A DNA stretch of 64,000 bases from Somniosus microcephalus (GCA_052327205.1 CM126221.1:77562001-77626000); one strand, 5' to 3'. Counted from the stretch's first letter, positions 34,162-48,059 are shown. The notes: a model not told the origin generated them from the letters alone. Numbers and translations are program-made.

Positions 34162-36983
34162 TACCAAGTCCTCAACGGTGGAACAGGTGGCTGGCGGTGG
34201 TAACTCTGAGTCACTTTGGTTCTGCGAGAAGCACCACAACGGCTGTGAAGGCAGAAGAAGGCTGCAGCAGAGAGGGGTCTCCAGTCGTCTCGGTTTTTCC
34301 TTGCCACTGGACCCTGGCCCCTTTTCTGTCAAGGATCGTGTGGTGGCTGGCTGTGCACCAACCACCCCACGCTAAAAGATACCACGCACAGGCGTCCTTC
34401 AGAGGGATCTACATTTACCTCTACAACACGCCGGCGTAAAGTCCTGTGGCGATCAGTAAGTGGTGATGGGGGCAGGATTGTGAGGTCTGGAAGCTCCTAA
34501 TCACAAGCTGGCACACTAGGCGGTGGGTGTCTGATTCAGTCGTCGGGCTCCAGGATCGAGGCAGGGGAGCCCCCCGGCAGCTACATCCACGACTGAGCAG
34601 CCCTATTTAGGATCCGCTCTGCTCACCCTGAACAGGGAGGGGGCTAGAAAAGGTGCCCCAAAAATAGCATGCCACAATAACACCCTGTCTGGAATACCGC
34701 ATCCAGAGGGGTCACCAAAATGCGGTCCTAAAGACAGAAAATTGAACTTCGGAGCATGGAATGTGCGGACACTAGTAGACAGTGCAACAAATGATCGGCC
34801 GGAGAGAAGGACGGCCATCGTATGCAGAGAGCTGAAACGATGCAACATTGATATAGCGGCCCTATCTGAAACTCGACTAGCAGAAGGTCAACTGAAGGAG
34901 GAGAAGGGGGTTTACACATTCTGCTGGAAAGGGAAGCCAACGGAAAACCCCTGGATCCATGGAGTTGGATTTGCCATCAAAAATGAACTTGTTAGCCAAC
35001 TCTCCGAATTTCCTGTGGGAACCAATGAACGCCTCATGAAAATGCGTCTAACCCTATCCAACAATCAGATGGCAACAGTTGTGAGTGCGTATGCTCCCAC
35101 CCTGGATTCGCTAGATGAAGTAAAGAAGATCTTCTATGCTGACCTGGCTAAAACCTTGTCTGGTATCCCAAAAGACGATAAAGTCATTCTTCTTGGGGAC
35201 GTCAATGCCAGGGTCGGTTGGGATTACCAACTATGGAAAGGCATCATAGGAAAAGAGGGCATCGGAAAGTCCAACTCAAACGGACTACTTCTTCTCACTA
35301 AATGTGCTGAGCACAACCTCAATCACAAACACTTTCTTCCGACAAAAAAACAAGTACAAAACCTCCTGGAGGCACCCCCGCTCAAAACTGTGGCATCTCA
35401 TTGACTATGTCATTGTACGGGCAAGGGATCGTCGTGATGTTCTGGTCACTAGGGCCATGTTCAGCACTGATGACTGCTGGCCAGATCATCGCCTTATCCG
35501 AGCAACTATGTCCCTCAAACTAAAGCCCAAGATACGTGCTTAGAAGAAGCAGTTATGGCCAAAATTAAACATTGAATGTCTTGAGGACACTGCCATACAG
35601 CAGTGCTTTCAGGATTCCATCAGGCAAAGTCTTCCAAAGGAATACCCACATGATACTGGAGAACATTGGGAACTGCTGAAAGCCACTATCCTCAACACCT
35701 CCCAGAACATACTCGGTTTCAAGTCCAGGAAACATCAGGACTGGTTTGATGAGAACGACTCAGAAATTGAGCAGCTCATAGAAAGGAAAAGGAAAGCTTT
35801 CTGCACCTGGCAAAACAACATCAGCAGCAAGGCCAAAAGAGAGGCTCATGCTAGAGTTAAGGCAGATGTCCAGCAGAGAATAAGGGAGATGAAGAACAAC
35901 TGGTGGTCTCAAAAGTCCCTAGAAATACAACATATGGCTGATACTGGGGACTCCAGAGGCTTCTTCAGTGCCACCAAGGCAGTTTTCGGACCAAGCTACC
36001 GTGGCTTAAACCCCTTACGCTCTAAGGACGGTTTAACTCTGCTCAAGGACAAGGAGGCAATTGACACAAGATGGAGGGAGCATTTTCAAGAACTGCTCAA
36101 CCGACACAGTAGCGCAGATCTGGAGTCCATCAATCAATTACCGCAGAGACCAGAAAGGGAGGAAATGGGGGCACCCCCAAGCATTGTAGAAGTGCAGAAT
36201 GCCATCAGGTCCATGAAAAACAACAAAGCTGCCGGCTCAGATGGGATTCCAGCAGAAATCCTTAAAAAAGGTGGCCCTGAGCTCCTGACACACATACATG
36301 CCTTCCTCCTAAAAATATGGCAGCAGGAAGAAATTCCACAAGATCTCAGAGACGCTTTGATTGTTACTATCTTTAAAAAGGGGGAAAAGTCAGTGTGTGG
36401 TAACTACCGAGGTATCTCCCTTCTTTCTTCCACAGGAAAAGTGCTTGCCCGTGTCCTTGCTAACAGACTTTTGCCGTTATCTGAGGAGGTGCTTCCGGAG
36501 TCGCAGTGTGGTTTCCAACCATCCAGAGGAACAGCTGATATGATCTTCACAGCACGTCAATTACAGGAGAAATGTCGTGAACAAAAGCAACCACTGTTCA
36601 TAGCTTTCATAGACTTAACTAAAGCTTTTGACACCGTCCACCGCCAGACTTTATGGCATATCTTGTCTAAGCTTGGTTGCCCCGATTAATTCATCTTAGT
36701 TCTGAGGCTGCTACATGACAACATGTCCGCAGCAGTTCTCAGCAGCAGCGGTTCTATTTCAGAGCCCTTTACAGTTGAGACAGGAGTAAAACAGGGCTGC
36801 ATCATTGCTCCAACCCTTTTTGCAGTGTTCATCTCAGTTATCCTCCATCTCATCGGCAATGATCTGCCCACCGGAATTCAAATCCTTTACCGTACTGATG
36901 GCCGACTTTTCAATCTCAACAGGCTTAAGGCCAAGAGCAAAGTCTCCATCACTACCATTATGGAGTTAAAGTATGCAGATGAT

Positions 36984-39900
36984 TGTTATGTCCGTGTATC
37001 TTAATGTTGTGTCCTTCAATAATCAGACAACAGTCTGCAGGGAACGATTCAACAGGTGTTTACTGAATGAGGGTTACTCTAGAACTAACTTTACAGATCA
37101 CTACTCAGGGTTTATATACAGGTGTGGTCACTGCCGGTACTACAGTATACAGGAGCTGTAAAAAGTAGTTCTCTCCCTTAAGGTATATATACATTACATA
37201 CATTACAATTCCTCCTCTTTTAGATTAACAGTACCATAATACTCATTTAACAATTAACATTTTTAATATACAATGTTATATGAAAATAGTCCATTCATAT
37301 ATTCAGTCTCTGGGGAGGCTTCCTGATTCTTTCTGGATAACGCCTTTCCCGAGTGTCTCGCTCTTGGTGCGGAGGCGATTCTAGCACCCTGTCGTCAGTT
37401 GATTCATCAGCTTCTAATGCTATTGTTTCTGAGGTAGATGCGACCTGTACGTCGGGTTCCTCACCAGGTACGTATGGCCGAGACATGGGGTTGACTCGTT
37501 CCTGTGACTCTAGGATCTGGTCAGCATGGCGTCTCACAATGTTCTCACCAACATCCACTGTGTACGTTAGTGGCCCCTGCTGTGTGCATATCGTTCCTGG
37601 CTGCCATTTTTCTGTTCGGTAGTCGCGGGCCAAGACTGGTTGCCCTACATTGAAGCTCCTTGTTGGCTTCTCATTGATGTGCTGGAATTGCTTACTCTCA
37701 ACATCTCTTCGTACATTGGTCTGAGCAAATCCAGACGAGATCTCAACCTTCGGTTAAAGAACATCATGGCCGGGGCCTGGTTGGTGACTGCATGTGTCGC
37801 ATTTCTGTAGGCTAACAGGAAATTGTCCACCTTATGCTGCAGTGGAATGTCGTCATCGCACATGGCCTTTACTGCTTTTTTAAAGGTTTGTACGAACCTC
37901 TCAGCCAATCCATTTGTGGCTGGATGATACGGGGCGGATGTGTAATGCCTTACCCATTCATTTTCATAAATCTTCGAAACTCTTCGGACACAAACTGTGG
38001 TCTGTTATCAGAGCAAATCTGCTCTGGCAAGCCGATCCTGGCAAAAATGGTCCGTAGGACTGCAATAGTTTTCTCCGTGGTGGTGGAGGACATTTTGATC
38101 ACCTCAGGCCATTTTGAGTGCGCATCCACGGCTATTAAAAACATTGAGTCCATGAATGGACCAGCAAAATCAATATGCACCCTTTGCCATGGAGATGAGG
38201 GCCACTCCCATGGGTGTAGAGGGGCATGTGGTGATGCATTTTGGACCTTCTGGCATCCTGAGCAGCTCTTTGTCAGGTCCTCGATTTGCTGATCGATCCC
38301 CGGCCACCACACATAAGCCCTAGCAAGGCTTTTCATTTTCACACCTCCCAGATGACCTTCGTGAAGCTCATTGAGCACTCTCTCCCTTAACTTGGGTGGA
38401 ATTACCACTCGGGATCCACACATCACTGTCCCCTGGCATACTGACAGCTGTTCTCTTCTGGATGAGAATGCCAGCAACAGTGAGTCGCCATGTGCTGGCC
38501 ATCCCTTCACCGTCAAATCATATACCCAAGACAGTGTCGGGTCATTTCGGGTCTCCTTCTCTATACCAGCGTTAGTTACTGGCAAGCATTCAATTATAGT
38601 CGAATGAAATATTTTGACAGGATCCACTGCTGGTGCTTCCTCCGCAGTAGGCAGTGGCAGGCGTGATAGCCCATCAGCGTTTCCATGCTGTTTCATGCCC
38701 TTATACTCGATTTCATATTGGTGCGCCCCTAGAAAAAGGGACCATCTTTGTAGCCGTTGCGCAGTCATCACCGGAACGCCCTTCTTTGGATTAAAGATGG
38801 AGACAAGTGGTTGGTGGTCAGTCAGCAAGGTGAACTTCTGCCCGTGCAGATAGTGATTGAACTTTTTCACTCCCCACACTAGGCTGAGGGCCTCCCTGTC
38901 AATCTGGGCGTAGTTACGCTCGGCTGAGGTTAGTGACCGAGACGCAAAGGCTACTGGGCTCTCCGAGCCGTCCGGGAATTTGTGCGACAGCACCGCTCCA
39001 ATGCCATAGGGTGATGCATCACACGCCAACCGAATTGGTAGTGATGGGTTGAAATGAGCCAACACCTCTTTTGATGTGATCAATGCTTTGCTCTTCTGGA
39101 AAGCTCGTTTACATTCATCACTCCACTTCCATGGTACCCCCATTTGCAGTAGGGTGTTCAGTCGGTGTAGTACGGTAGACAAATTCGGCAAGAACTTATG
39201 GTAGTAGTTCACCAGCCCGAGGAACGACCTCAGTTGTGACACATTTTCCGGTGCTGGAGCCTTGACTACTGCCTCAATCTTTTCAGGGGACTTATGTAAC
39301 CCCTCTTTATCAATAACATGGCCACAATACGAGATCTGCTTCTGGAAAAACTCACATTTGTGGCGATTAGCTCGGAGCCCATATTCCTTCAATCTAGTGA
39401 GCACCTGCTCCAGGTTGGCGAGGTGATCACTGTCATTTTCACCCATGACCAGGATGTCGTCCAGATAACACTGGGTCCCTGGAATCCCTTGCAGGACTTG
39501 TTCCATTGCCCTTTGCCAAATAGCCGGAGCTGATGCTACCCCGAACACCAGCCGGTTGTATTGGTAGAGACCTTCATGAGTGTTGATCGTGAGGTACAGT
39601 TTCGAGGCTTCTTCTACCTCCATTTGCAGGTACGCCTGGGCCAGATCAATCTTAGTGAAGCGTTTCCCTCCAGATAGCGAGGCGAAAATATCTTCAATCC
39701 GCGGAAGCGGATATTGTACAGTGTGAAGGACTGGGTTCACTGTCACCTTAAAGTCCCCACAGATGCGAACCTTCTTTGGTTCCCCAGGCGTATTACTCAA
39801 CGACCTCTTCATTACAGGAATGATGGGTGTAGCCCACTCGCTCCAGTCCACTTTGGACAGTACTCCTGAACGTTCCAAACCTTCCAGCTCTGCTTCGACG

Positions 39901-42116
39901 GCTGGGCGGATCGCATAAGGTACCGGTCTGGCCTTAAAAAACTTTGGGCTTGCATTTTCCTCTATTTTGATCATCGCTGTTATGCCTTTTAGTGTTCCGA
40001 GTCCCTGCTGGAACACTTCTTGTGCGTCAGTTAGCATTTTTGACAGTCGTCCAGGTGTGACGTCGTCATCCTTTTTGGCATCTACAGTCAGTGCTTGTAT
40101 GGAATGCCAATCTAGCTGTATCTTCCGGATCCATTCACGTCCTCCATCTGGCAATACATATAAGTCCATTTTTGGTGTTTCCTTGCCGTTATATATAAAG
40201 TTCACCCTTATTTTTCCTTTGGGGTAGACTTTTTGCCCCATGTATGTCTTCAAGACAATCTTTGTATCTCTCAAGGGTATATGTGAGAATAGCCGCTTGT
40301 AGTCCCTTCGGTTTATGACTGTAAGGGCTGATCCTGTGTCCAATTCCATTTTCACTTGGACTCCTGCTATCTTGAGCGTGACCCAGATAGTTTGGTGATC
40401 CTCCGTTTTGATCACATTATATAGTTTCAGACAACCCAGCTCCTTGCTTCCGGAGTCTGTATCACTCTTCTGTTCTTCTGAACTACTCTCCGTCACCTTA
40501 TGTACCTTCTTGTACTTCTTCTGTGGAGATTTCTTGCTGCTGGTTTTCTTTCCCGACCTGCAGACTCTTGCTGTGTGTCCTACTTTTCCACACTGTCTGC
40601 ACACTTTGTCCTTGAACCAGCAATCATTATGGTCGTGTGTTGTTCTGCCGCAGCGATAGCACTTCACTGTTCCGTATGACATTTCATTTGTGCCATATTC
40701 TTGCGGTCTCCGTTGTATCTCTGCAGCGCCCCGTGCTGCTGCTTTGTGTGATACTGCAATGCTGAAAGCCTTGTCCAGCATAAGATCCTTTTCTGATAGA
40801 AGCCGTTTCTGGGTTCCTTCACTTTGAAGCCCACACACAAACTTGTCCCTTAAAGTATCTGCTAGTCCCGTTCCAAACTGGCAGTGTTTCGATAGCTTGC
40901 GCAGTTCCATTAAATACTCAGCATTACTTTCATCTTTATGCTGGTTCCTTTTGTGAAACTTAAATCTTTCTGCTATCAGCAGCGGTGTGGGGTTTAAGTG
41001 GTCCTGTAGGATTGACACTATGTTTTCAAAATCCTTTTCTACTGGCTTCTCTGGGGTTACTAGGTTTCGTAGTAAGCCATACGTTTTTGCACCCATTGAA
41101 TTCAACAATACCAGCGCTTTCTTGTCATCTGGCACTTCATTCGCCTTGCAGTATACTTCTATGCGTTCGACATATGTCGTCCAATCTTCGACTTCATTGT
41201 CGAACGCTGTGATACTGCCACTCTTCGGCATTTTTGGGTGTGGTTAGACTGGCTTAAAATGGCGTCTCCCGTGCTTTCCTTTCTTCCCCGCTGCGGCTTA
41301 AAATGGCATCTCCTGCGCTGCTGCCAATGCCGCTCTCGGCGGTCCTCGTGGCAAATGGCGACGCCCTGTGCGTTTCGTGTGCTGCTCCTGCACTGCTGCC
41401 AACACCGTTCTCTGCAGTCCTCGTGGCAATGGCAGCGCCTCGCGTTTTCCTGCACGCCTCTCTCCCCCGTTGACGCTGCTCGGCCCTTGAACACCGGCTG
41501 CGCTCTGCTCTCTCTCGTCTCTCCCCCCCATTGACGCCGCTCGGTCCTGAACACCGGCTGCGCCCTGTGCGCTCTGCCCTCTGTCTCTCCCCCGTCGACG
41601 CTGCTCGGCCTTTTTCTGTGCCGCTTGGTCGGGTTCTAGCCCACCGCTGTCCGGGAAGGGTCTGCGCAGTACCTGTTGCCAGCCCGTTTTGCTGGACCAC
41701 CGTGACTGGAAAGCCAAGCCTGACTCTCGACAGCCTCCCCTGCGATGCTCAAATCTCCGCTGGATGACTGGGCGGTTGCCCATGGTCGACGCCCGTGCTT
41801 CTGGAATCGACCTTCTTCCACCGTTCTCCAGGAGCGAATCCCTGGGAGGTGATGCAGAGTTGCAGGTAGGTTCGAATCTGCGTCGTCGCCAATGTTATGT
41901 CCATGTATCTTAATGTTGTGTCCTTCAATAATCAGACAACAGACTGCAGGGAACGATTCAACAGGTGTTTACTGAATGAGGGTTACTCTAGAACTAACTT
42001 TACAGATCACTACTCAGGGTTTATATACAGGTGTGGTCACTGCCGGTACTACAGTATACAGGAGCTGTAAAAAGTAGTTCTCTCCCTTAAGGTATATATA
42101 CATTACATACATTACA
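36984..42116 (-). mobile_element. Gypsy (Mag-like) LTR retrotransposon 2, full length
   Basis: 224-bp LTRs 36984-37207 and 41893-42116 differing at 2 sites; TSD ATGAT/ATGAC; PBS TGGCGACGAC; PPT AAAAGAGGAGGAA. Confidence 0.97.
37295..41231 (-). pseudogene. gag-pol polyprotein of Gypsy 2 (1093-aa open, two frameshifts in integrase)
   Basis: Same motifs as Gypsy 1; frameshifts ~37950 and ~37715; PPLLG deleted in the protease region relative to Gypsy 1. Confidence 0.93.
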
Positions 42117-44366
42117 ATGACAACGCCATCACAGCTCTTTCCGAGCATGATCTACAAAACACCTTGAATGCTTTTTCCAGAGCCTACAAACTTCTGGGCC
42201 TCACCATGAATATAAAGAAGACCCAGGTGCTCCACCAGCCATCACCTAATCAGCTTGCAACTCCTCCCTCTATAAAGATTGATAATAACACCCTTGAAAA
42301 TGTCAACACCTTTCCATATCTTGGTAGCCATTTATCCTCCAAAGCTGACATTGATTCTGAAATCCATCTCCGTCTGAGTTGTGCAAGTGCAGCCTTTTCT
42401 AAACTGAGGAGGAGAGTCTTTGAAAATCATGACCTCCAAGTCCAACCTAAAATTTTTGTATACAAAGCCATCATCCTTCCCACCCTGTTATATGGAGCTG
42501 AAACCTGGACTACGTACAGTAGACATCTTAAAGCCTTAGAGCAATACCACCAACGCTCTGTACGCAAAACCTTGAGGGTCAGCTGGGAGGACAAGCATAC
42601 CAACTGGAGTATACGTGAAGAGGCCAATATCTACAGCATCACGACGCTCATCGTGCAGCATCAACTCCGATGGATTGGACATGTCATTCGCATGCCAGAC
42701 TCACATCTCCCAAAACAGGTTCTGTACTCCCAGTTGAAGGAAGGGCAGAGGTCTCCTGGTGGTCAAAAGAAGCATTACAAAGATAACATCAAAGTAATCC
42801 TTAAAAAGTTCCATATCGATATTAATAACTGGGAGGAAATCGCACTGGACAGAGACAATTGGAGAAAATGCATCCACAACGGGGCCGCACTACATGAAAA
42901 GAATCTCCAGCGTGCCGCTGAGGATAAACGCCAGCGCCGTAAGGAGAGACAACAACTTAAGAAGACCCATACTCCAGTTACTACCAATAGTCTTACATGC
43001 CCACACTGTAGTAGAGTCTGTGGATCTCGGATTGGCCTCCACAGCCACCTGAAGACCCACAAGTAGATGACTGATGAAGGACATACCATACTCGAATTCG
43101 AGTGACCGCTGATGATGAATGTGGAAGCAAGTCATCCTTCCGAGGGACTGCCTAAGAAGAAGAAGAAGAGTTTCCAGGTAGTCATGGAAGGTTCCCTTTA
43201 CCATTTGCATAGTTGGCCAGTGTTTTTTGGACGGACTCTAGATTTAGTCTTTGGTTCGCCCATATGCTTCACAGAAAGCCTGCCAGGAAACAACACTGAC
43301 ATGTCCATGGTGATGTCTATGTGCAACAGCATTCTGACTTACCTGACCAAGGAGCGCGTTGTGGATTCAGCAACTAACTTAGGGAGTGAAGTGAGACCAT
43401 AACAGATGTATTGTTTAATCTAAATAGATAACTGCGAGTACATGTTGTTTTTCTCTTATGTAAAATACTGTTATTACTCACACACAGCAGTGCTAGTTAA
43501 TTATAGGTCTGCGAAGAGTCACTGGTAATACACTGCCATCGCTGTCAGAGCCACCATTTCTTTGTCTTTGAAGTAGAAATATTTAACTTGCAGCACATTG
43601 AAGGGAATATGTTATTTCAAACGTGACATTTTTAAAGGGAAAAGTAGTTTGTGGAGGCAATAAAATGCATAATTAAAAATAATCTATTGAGTAAACATGT
43701 TTACAATGAATTTTCGCATTTATTTTCTGTTTTCAATTTTTGTGACAAAAACTTATATCCTTCCAAATAAAGTTACCCATTTTGTTAAAGATGAGTTAAG
43801 GAAGATCACAATGGCCATTGAACCGGTCATCACAATATAGAGCAGGAGTTGGAAAGACAAACAGACCTATAGAATAAAAAATAGAAGGAACAGGTCAAGT
43901 CCAAAAGGGAGCGATTTTCTCAAAGTCCAGCAAAGGGTGGAGCAGTAGTTCACAACATCTCGAGGTGCTTCAGGAAGGGGTGTGGTATTCCAGCCTCAAG
44001 GAAAAGCTGGCCTCTTGGGTGATGTCTAGTCAGCTGCTGAACTGGCGGTTTCCCTCAGTAGATGCAAACATCACGTTATTACAAATGGGGATTGTTTCCT
44101 TATCGAATACTTATACAGGAGTACCTCAGCGAAGTATGCTTGGCCCCACTCTGATTGTTGCCTTCATCAGTGACGTGGAAAATGTCATGAGAGTGACATC
44201 NNNNNNNNNNNNNNNNNNNNNNNNNNNNNNNNNNNNNNNNNNNNNNNNNNNNNNNNNNNNNNNNNNNNNNNNNNNNNNNNNNNNNNNNNNNNNNNNNNNN
44301 NNNNNNNNNNNNNNNNNNNNNNNNNNNNNNNNNNNNNNNNNNNNNNNNNNNNNNNNNNNNNNNNNN

Positions 44367-44700
44367 GCTTTTCACAACCTCAGGATGTCTCAAAGCGCTT
44401 TACAGCCAATGAAGTACTTTTGAAGTGTAGTCACTGTTGTAATGTAGGAAACGCAGCAGCCAATTTGCGCACAGCAAGCTCCCACAAACAGCAATGTGAT
44501 AATGACCAGATAATCTGTTTTAGTGATGTTGATTGAGGGATAAATATTGGCCCCAGGACACCGGGGAGAACTCCCCTGCTCTTCTTCGAAATAGTGCCCG
44601 GAGAGGGCAGACGGGGCCTCGGTTTGACGTCTGATCTGAAAGACGGCCCCTCCGACAGTGCAATGCTCCCTCAGTACTGCTCTGGAGCATCAGCCTAGAT
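44367..44700 (-). mobile_element. Deu-domain SINE, partial
   Basis: Reverse complement of 465-820. Confidence 0.85.
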
Positions 44701-45070
44701 TTTTCTGCAGTGTGCTCCACTCTCCATCTGAAAGACAATTGATAACCGAATCACGAAGGCAGGTATAGACAAAATTGAGAAGACAAATGGTATGTTATCT
44801 TCAGCAGTGAGAAAATGAAGTCATTAACTGTGGAATAAGATGGATTGTGATGTTACCCACCCACCTCTGCTTGCTAAGGGTTTCAAAATGTCCTCAGTCA
44901 TCAATTGTCGGCTATTGTCAGTACCTGTTCTGCACTGAGGTAAACAAAGATGGCTGGGAAAGCTGTCAGGCGAGAGAAGTCCTCAAGAAAGCCAGGTCCA
45001 TTTGGAACATTGTAGCCCTGTCTGAAAGGCTCTAGAGAAAACTTAACCTTTGCACCTGCCCAAAGATATA

Positions 45071-45747
45071 GAGGGAAAAATTCAGTATCGCCCCATTTGG
45101 GGCGCCATTATCGGCCGTGCGCAAAGTTTAGCGCCTGGTGCTAATTATCGCCTCTGACAGCAAACTTGGCTTTTATCGCCCCTGGATGTGATTGGAACGC
45201 TAAATCAGGTGCTTCACACCTGTCTTAAGGCGCAAAGACCGAGGAGCGAGGCGCTACCTCAGAGCGCTGGCGAAGCAAGGAAGGGCAAATCAAAATGAAC
45301 CTGCAAAGTGCTGCTCAGTACTCAAAACTCCTTCACACAGCGTTGAATCTCTCCAGAAGTCTCTCTCTCTCTCTCTCAGAATGCGTGGTGCAAAAATGTC
45401 ACCAACAAAAAAAGGCAGGAAGCGGTCGCCTTTAAATAGCGCTCCCCTAGTCCCTTTCTGACAGCATAACGCTCCCCTCAACCTCTTGTTGCTAGCAGCA
45501 GGCGGTAAGGCAGGGGGCGCCACTCAATATCCGGTCCGGGGCGCTAACGGGGCTTTGCGCACTCGACTGACGTCATGATCTGCCAGCGCAGGAGATCGTG
45601 GCGGTAGTGTTTAGCACCGCAGCAAAATGTCTAGTTAATTTCGCGAGCGGCGCAAACATCGCCGCGCACGGGCGCTAGTTGCTTTGTGCCCCATTAGCGC
45701 CCTCTTAAGGCGCTAATGGGAGGCGCAAACAACTGAATTTTTCCCCC
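45071..45747 (+). mobile_element. GC-rich MITE family A
   Basis: TIR GAGGGAAAAATTCAG/CTGAATTTTTCCCCC; body matches 20484-21159. Confidence 0.9.
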
Positions 45748-46351
45748 AATAGAACCCAGTGAAATTGATGAGGATGATTCACTGCATGGCAGAGCCCAGT
45801 CTGTACAATATCAGACAGATATGGTTGGGTTCACAAGATAGTTACGGATGAGGGAGGCATTTCAGCCCCTCTTAATCCATCCATCTAGCAACACCCTACA
45901 GTCCACCCATTGAAGCATTCAATTGTCCCCTGAGTGACCCCAGGGTTGTAAAAGAAGGGGAGGTGAGCGAATTGCAGATGCATTAATCATAATTTTCCAA
46001 AGCTCTCTAGATTCAGAAATTGTGCCTTCGAATTGGAAAATTGCCTTCCTGCGCCATCCAGAAGACCCAATCCCTGGAATTGGGGATGGAATCTCACGCC
46101 TGGACCAGAGTGGGCCCCTGCAGTGGGGAAAGAGTTAAACTGACATCGCTGGCAGGTTCACTGAATGGTGTAATAAAGACCATCTTTTTCTAAGTTGCTG
46201 AATTGGCAGTGGAGATAACATAGCCGGACATGGAACCATAAGGAGGCCTAAGAGGATGCAAGTTCTGTTCTGGCAGGAAAGTAAAAGAATGAGTTGGAAG
46301 TCAAAGAGGCCTAGAGAGGCAGGAAAGGAGGACAATGAACCAGAAGTACAA

Positions 46352-46668
46352 TGTTGATGAGACCCATTTGGCATAAACAGAGGTCATAGGTGCAACGACA
46401 ACTTGAGCCGACAATAAAGGCGGTACTTCAATGTAACGCGACATAGGTAACCAATCAGTGAAGATGCATGCGGGCCAAGGTCCAATCAGGTGGCTGGAAT
46501 TAATTTTGACCTATGTACTGTAATGTATAAAAATGTAGTGTTTGCTGTACCAATTTGGAAAGGTCTGGCTAAGACAGAGCAGACCGTCTCCCCACCGGTG
46601 CAATAAAGACAACTTGACTGTCGATCTAAAACCTTGTGTCGAGTGTTGGTTTAAAATACTCCACAACA
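46352..46668 (+). mobile_element. Solo LTR-like sequence
   Basis: TGTTG..CAACA termini, two CCAATCAG, TATAAAA, AATAAA; no clean TSD. Confidence 0.5.
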
Positions 46669-46784
46669 GACCCCATTAATTTTGGGCACAATATATCTAG
46701 TACATATCTTGTAAGTTATATTCCCGACATCACGCTTTGTTAAGGATGCAATTCAATATTAAAAAATGACAACTTGCATTTAAA

Positions 46785-47225
46785 TAAGAACATATGAAAT
46801 AGGAGCAGGAGTCGGCCATTCAGCCCTTCGAGCCTGCTCCACCATTTAATAAGATCATGGCTGATCTTCTACCTCAACTTCACTTTCCTGCACTATTTCC
46901 ATATCCCTTGGTTCCCTTAATATCCAAAAATCTAGTGATCGTTGTCTTGAATATGATCGAAGATTGAGCATCCATAGCCCTCTGGGGTAGAGAATTCCAA
47001 AGAACCAACCCTCCGAGATCTCTGCGCTCCTTCAATTCTGGCCCTTTGAGCATCCCTGATTTTAATTGTTCCACCATTGGCGGCCGTGCCTTCAGCTGCC
47101 GAGGCCCTGAGCTCTGGAATTCCCTCCCTAAACCTCTCTGTCCTCCTCCAAGAAGCTCCCCTTTAGCATAGCACCTTTAACATAGTAAAATGTCCTAAGG
47201 CACTTCACAGGAGCATTACCAAACA
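46785..47225. mobile_element. CR1 3' fragment (-) joined to L2 fragments
   Basis: CR1 tail and hairpin 46785-47000; L2-like 47010-47145 (+) and a SINE/L2 tail (-). Confidence 0.7.
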
Positions 47226-47355
47226 ACAAGTGGAGGGAGAAATCCATGTTTCTATGATACTTAGTGCTGCGTGCCTTTAACCTGGAGAAACTATCTTCCA
47301 AGCTGGATAACCCCCCTCCCCAAACAACCATTGCAGTTTGGTTTGACCACACTTT

Positions 47356-48034
47356 GCGGGAGAAATTGGGTTGCTTTGCGCCTCCCGTTAGCGCCCCCGG
47401 GAGCACTAGCGGAGACGAATCCCCTAGCGCCCGGGCATGGCACCGTTAACGCCTCCCATGGAATTCAGTGGGAGATTAGCGGCGGTGGGAGCCGGTCGTG
47501 TCCTGAGGTCATCGCCGGCGGCGCAGCGTCCCGCTCGCGCCCCGGCCGCAACCTTGGGTTGCGCTACCTGACCTATCGCCGGACGATATGTCTGACAGGG
47601 TCAGGGGGCCATTTTTACAGCAGCAGCAGCGTTAGTTAAAGGGGCAGGTGTCGGGCAGCCATTTATTTTTTGGCCGACTGCCAGCACCTGCCGCCTTCCC
47701 CTTTTTTTCTCGGGGTGCTGGCCGCGATCGCTCAGCCTGGCGCTCCTCTTGAGTGCCGGGCTGTTTTCCCGGCACCCCGCTCCCCAGTGGTCCAGCAGGG
47801 CCCCGGTGTGCACAGTGCTAGGCCCCTCCCCTTTAATCAGGGGAGACACGCGTGGCGCTGGTGCACATAGTGCTGCGAAATTCACTGGTAGTGCCCCAGG
47901 CAGGAGGGGAAGTGCTATCAGTAGTTCCCCGCCTCCTGCTTGGGGCACTACCACTGAATTTCCGGCACGGGGCGCTAAAAGTCACCCCGGCGACTTTAGC
48001 GGCCCAAAGAGGGGCGCCATCGAATTTTTCCCTC
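47356..48034. mobile_element. GC-rich MITE family B
   Basis: Reverse orientation of 14787-15497; TSD TTT. Confidence 0.85.
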
Positions 48035-48059
48035 TTTATGTTTACTTACTAGCAACTAT

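Larger units (their letters stand above)
34742..43066 (+). pseudogene. RTE endonuclease-reverse transcriptase ORF, disrupted
   Basis: GAWNVRTL, LSETR, SAYAPT, GDVNA, DHRL (APE); NYRGISLL, QCGF, DLTKAFD, GVKQG, YADD (RT); CPHC..H..H; frameshift ~35320; stops at 35541 and 36687; Gypsy insertion. Confidence 0.92.
34016..43117 (+). mobile_element. Full-length RTE-clade LINE (family B, ~3.96 kb without the Gypsy insert)
   Basis: 11-bp TSD AATGTGGAAGC (34005-34015, 43118-43128); ~700-nt 5' leader; APE, RT and C2H2 domains; (TGA)n tail. Confidence 0.95.
33871..43169 (+). mobile_element. Short RTE family A 3' fragment (33871-34015 plus 43118-43169), split by the full-length RTE
   Basis: Matches 3677-3860; (AAG)n tail; probable TSD GTTTCCA(T/G)GT. 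Confidence 0.8.
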
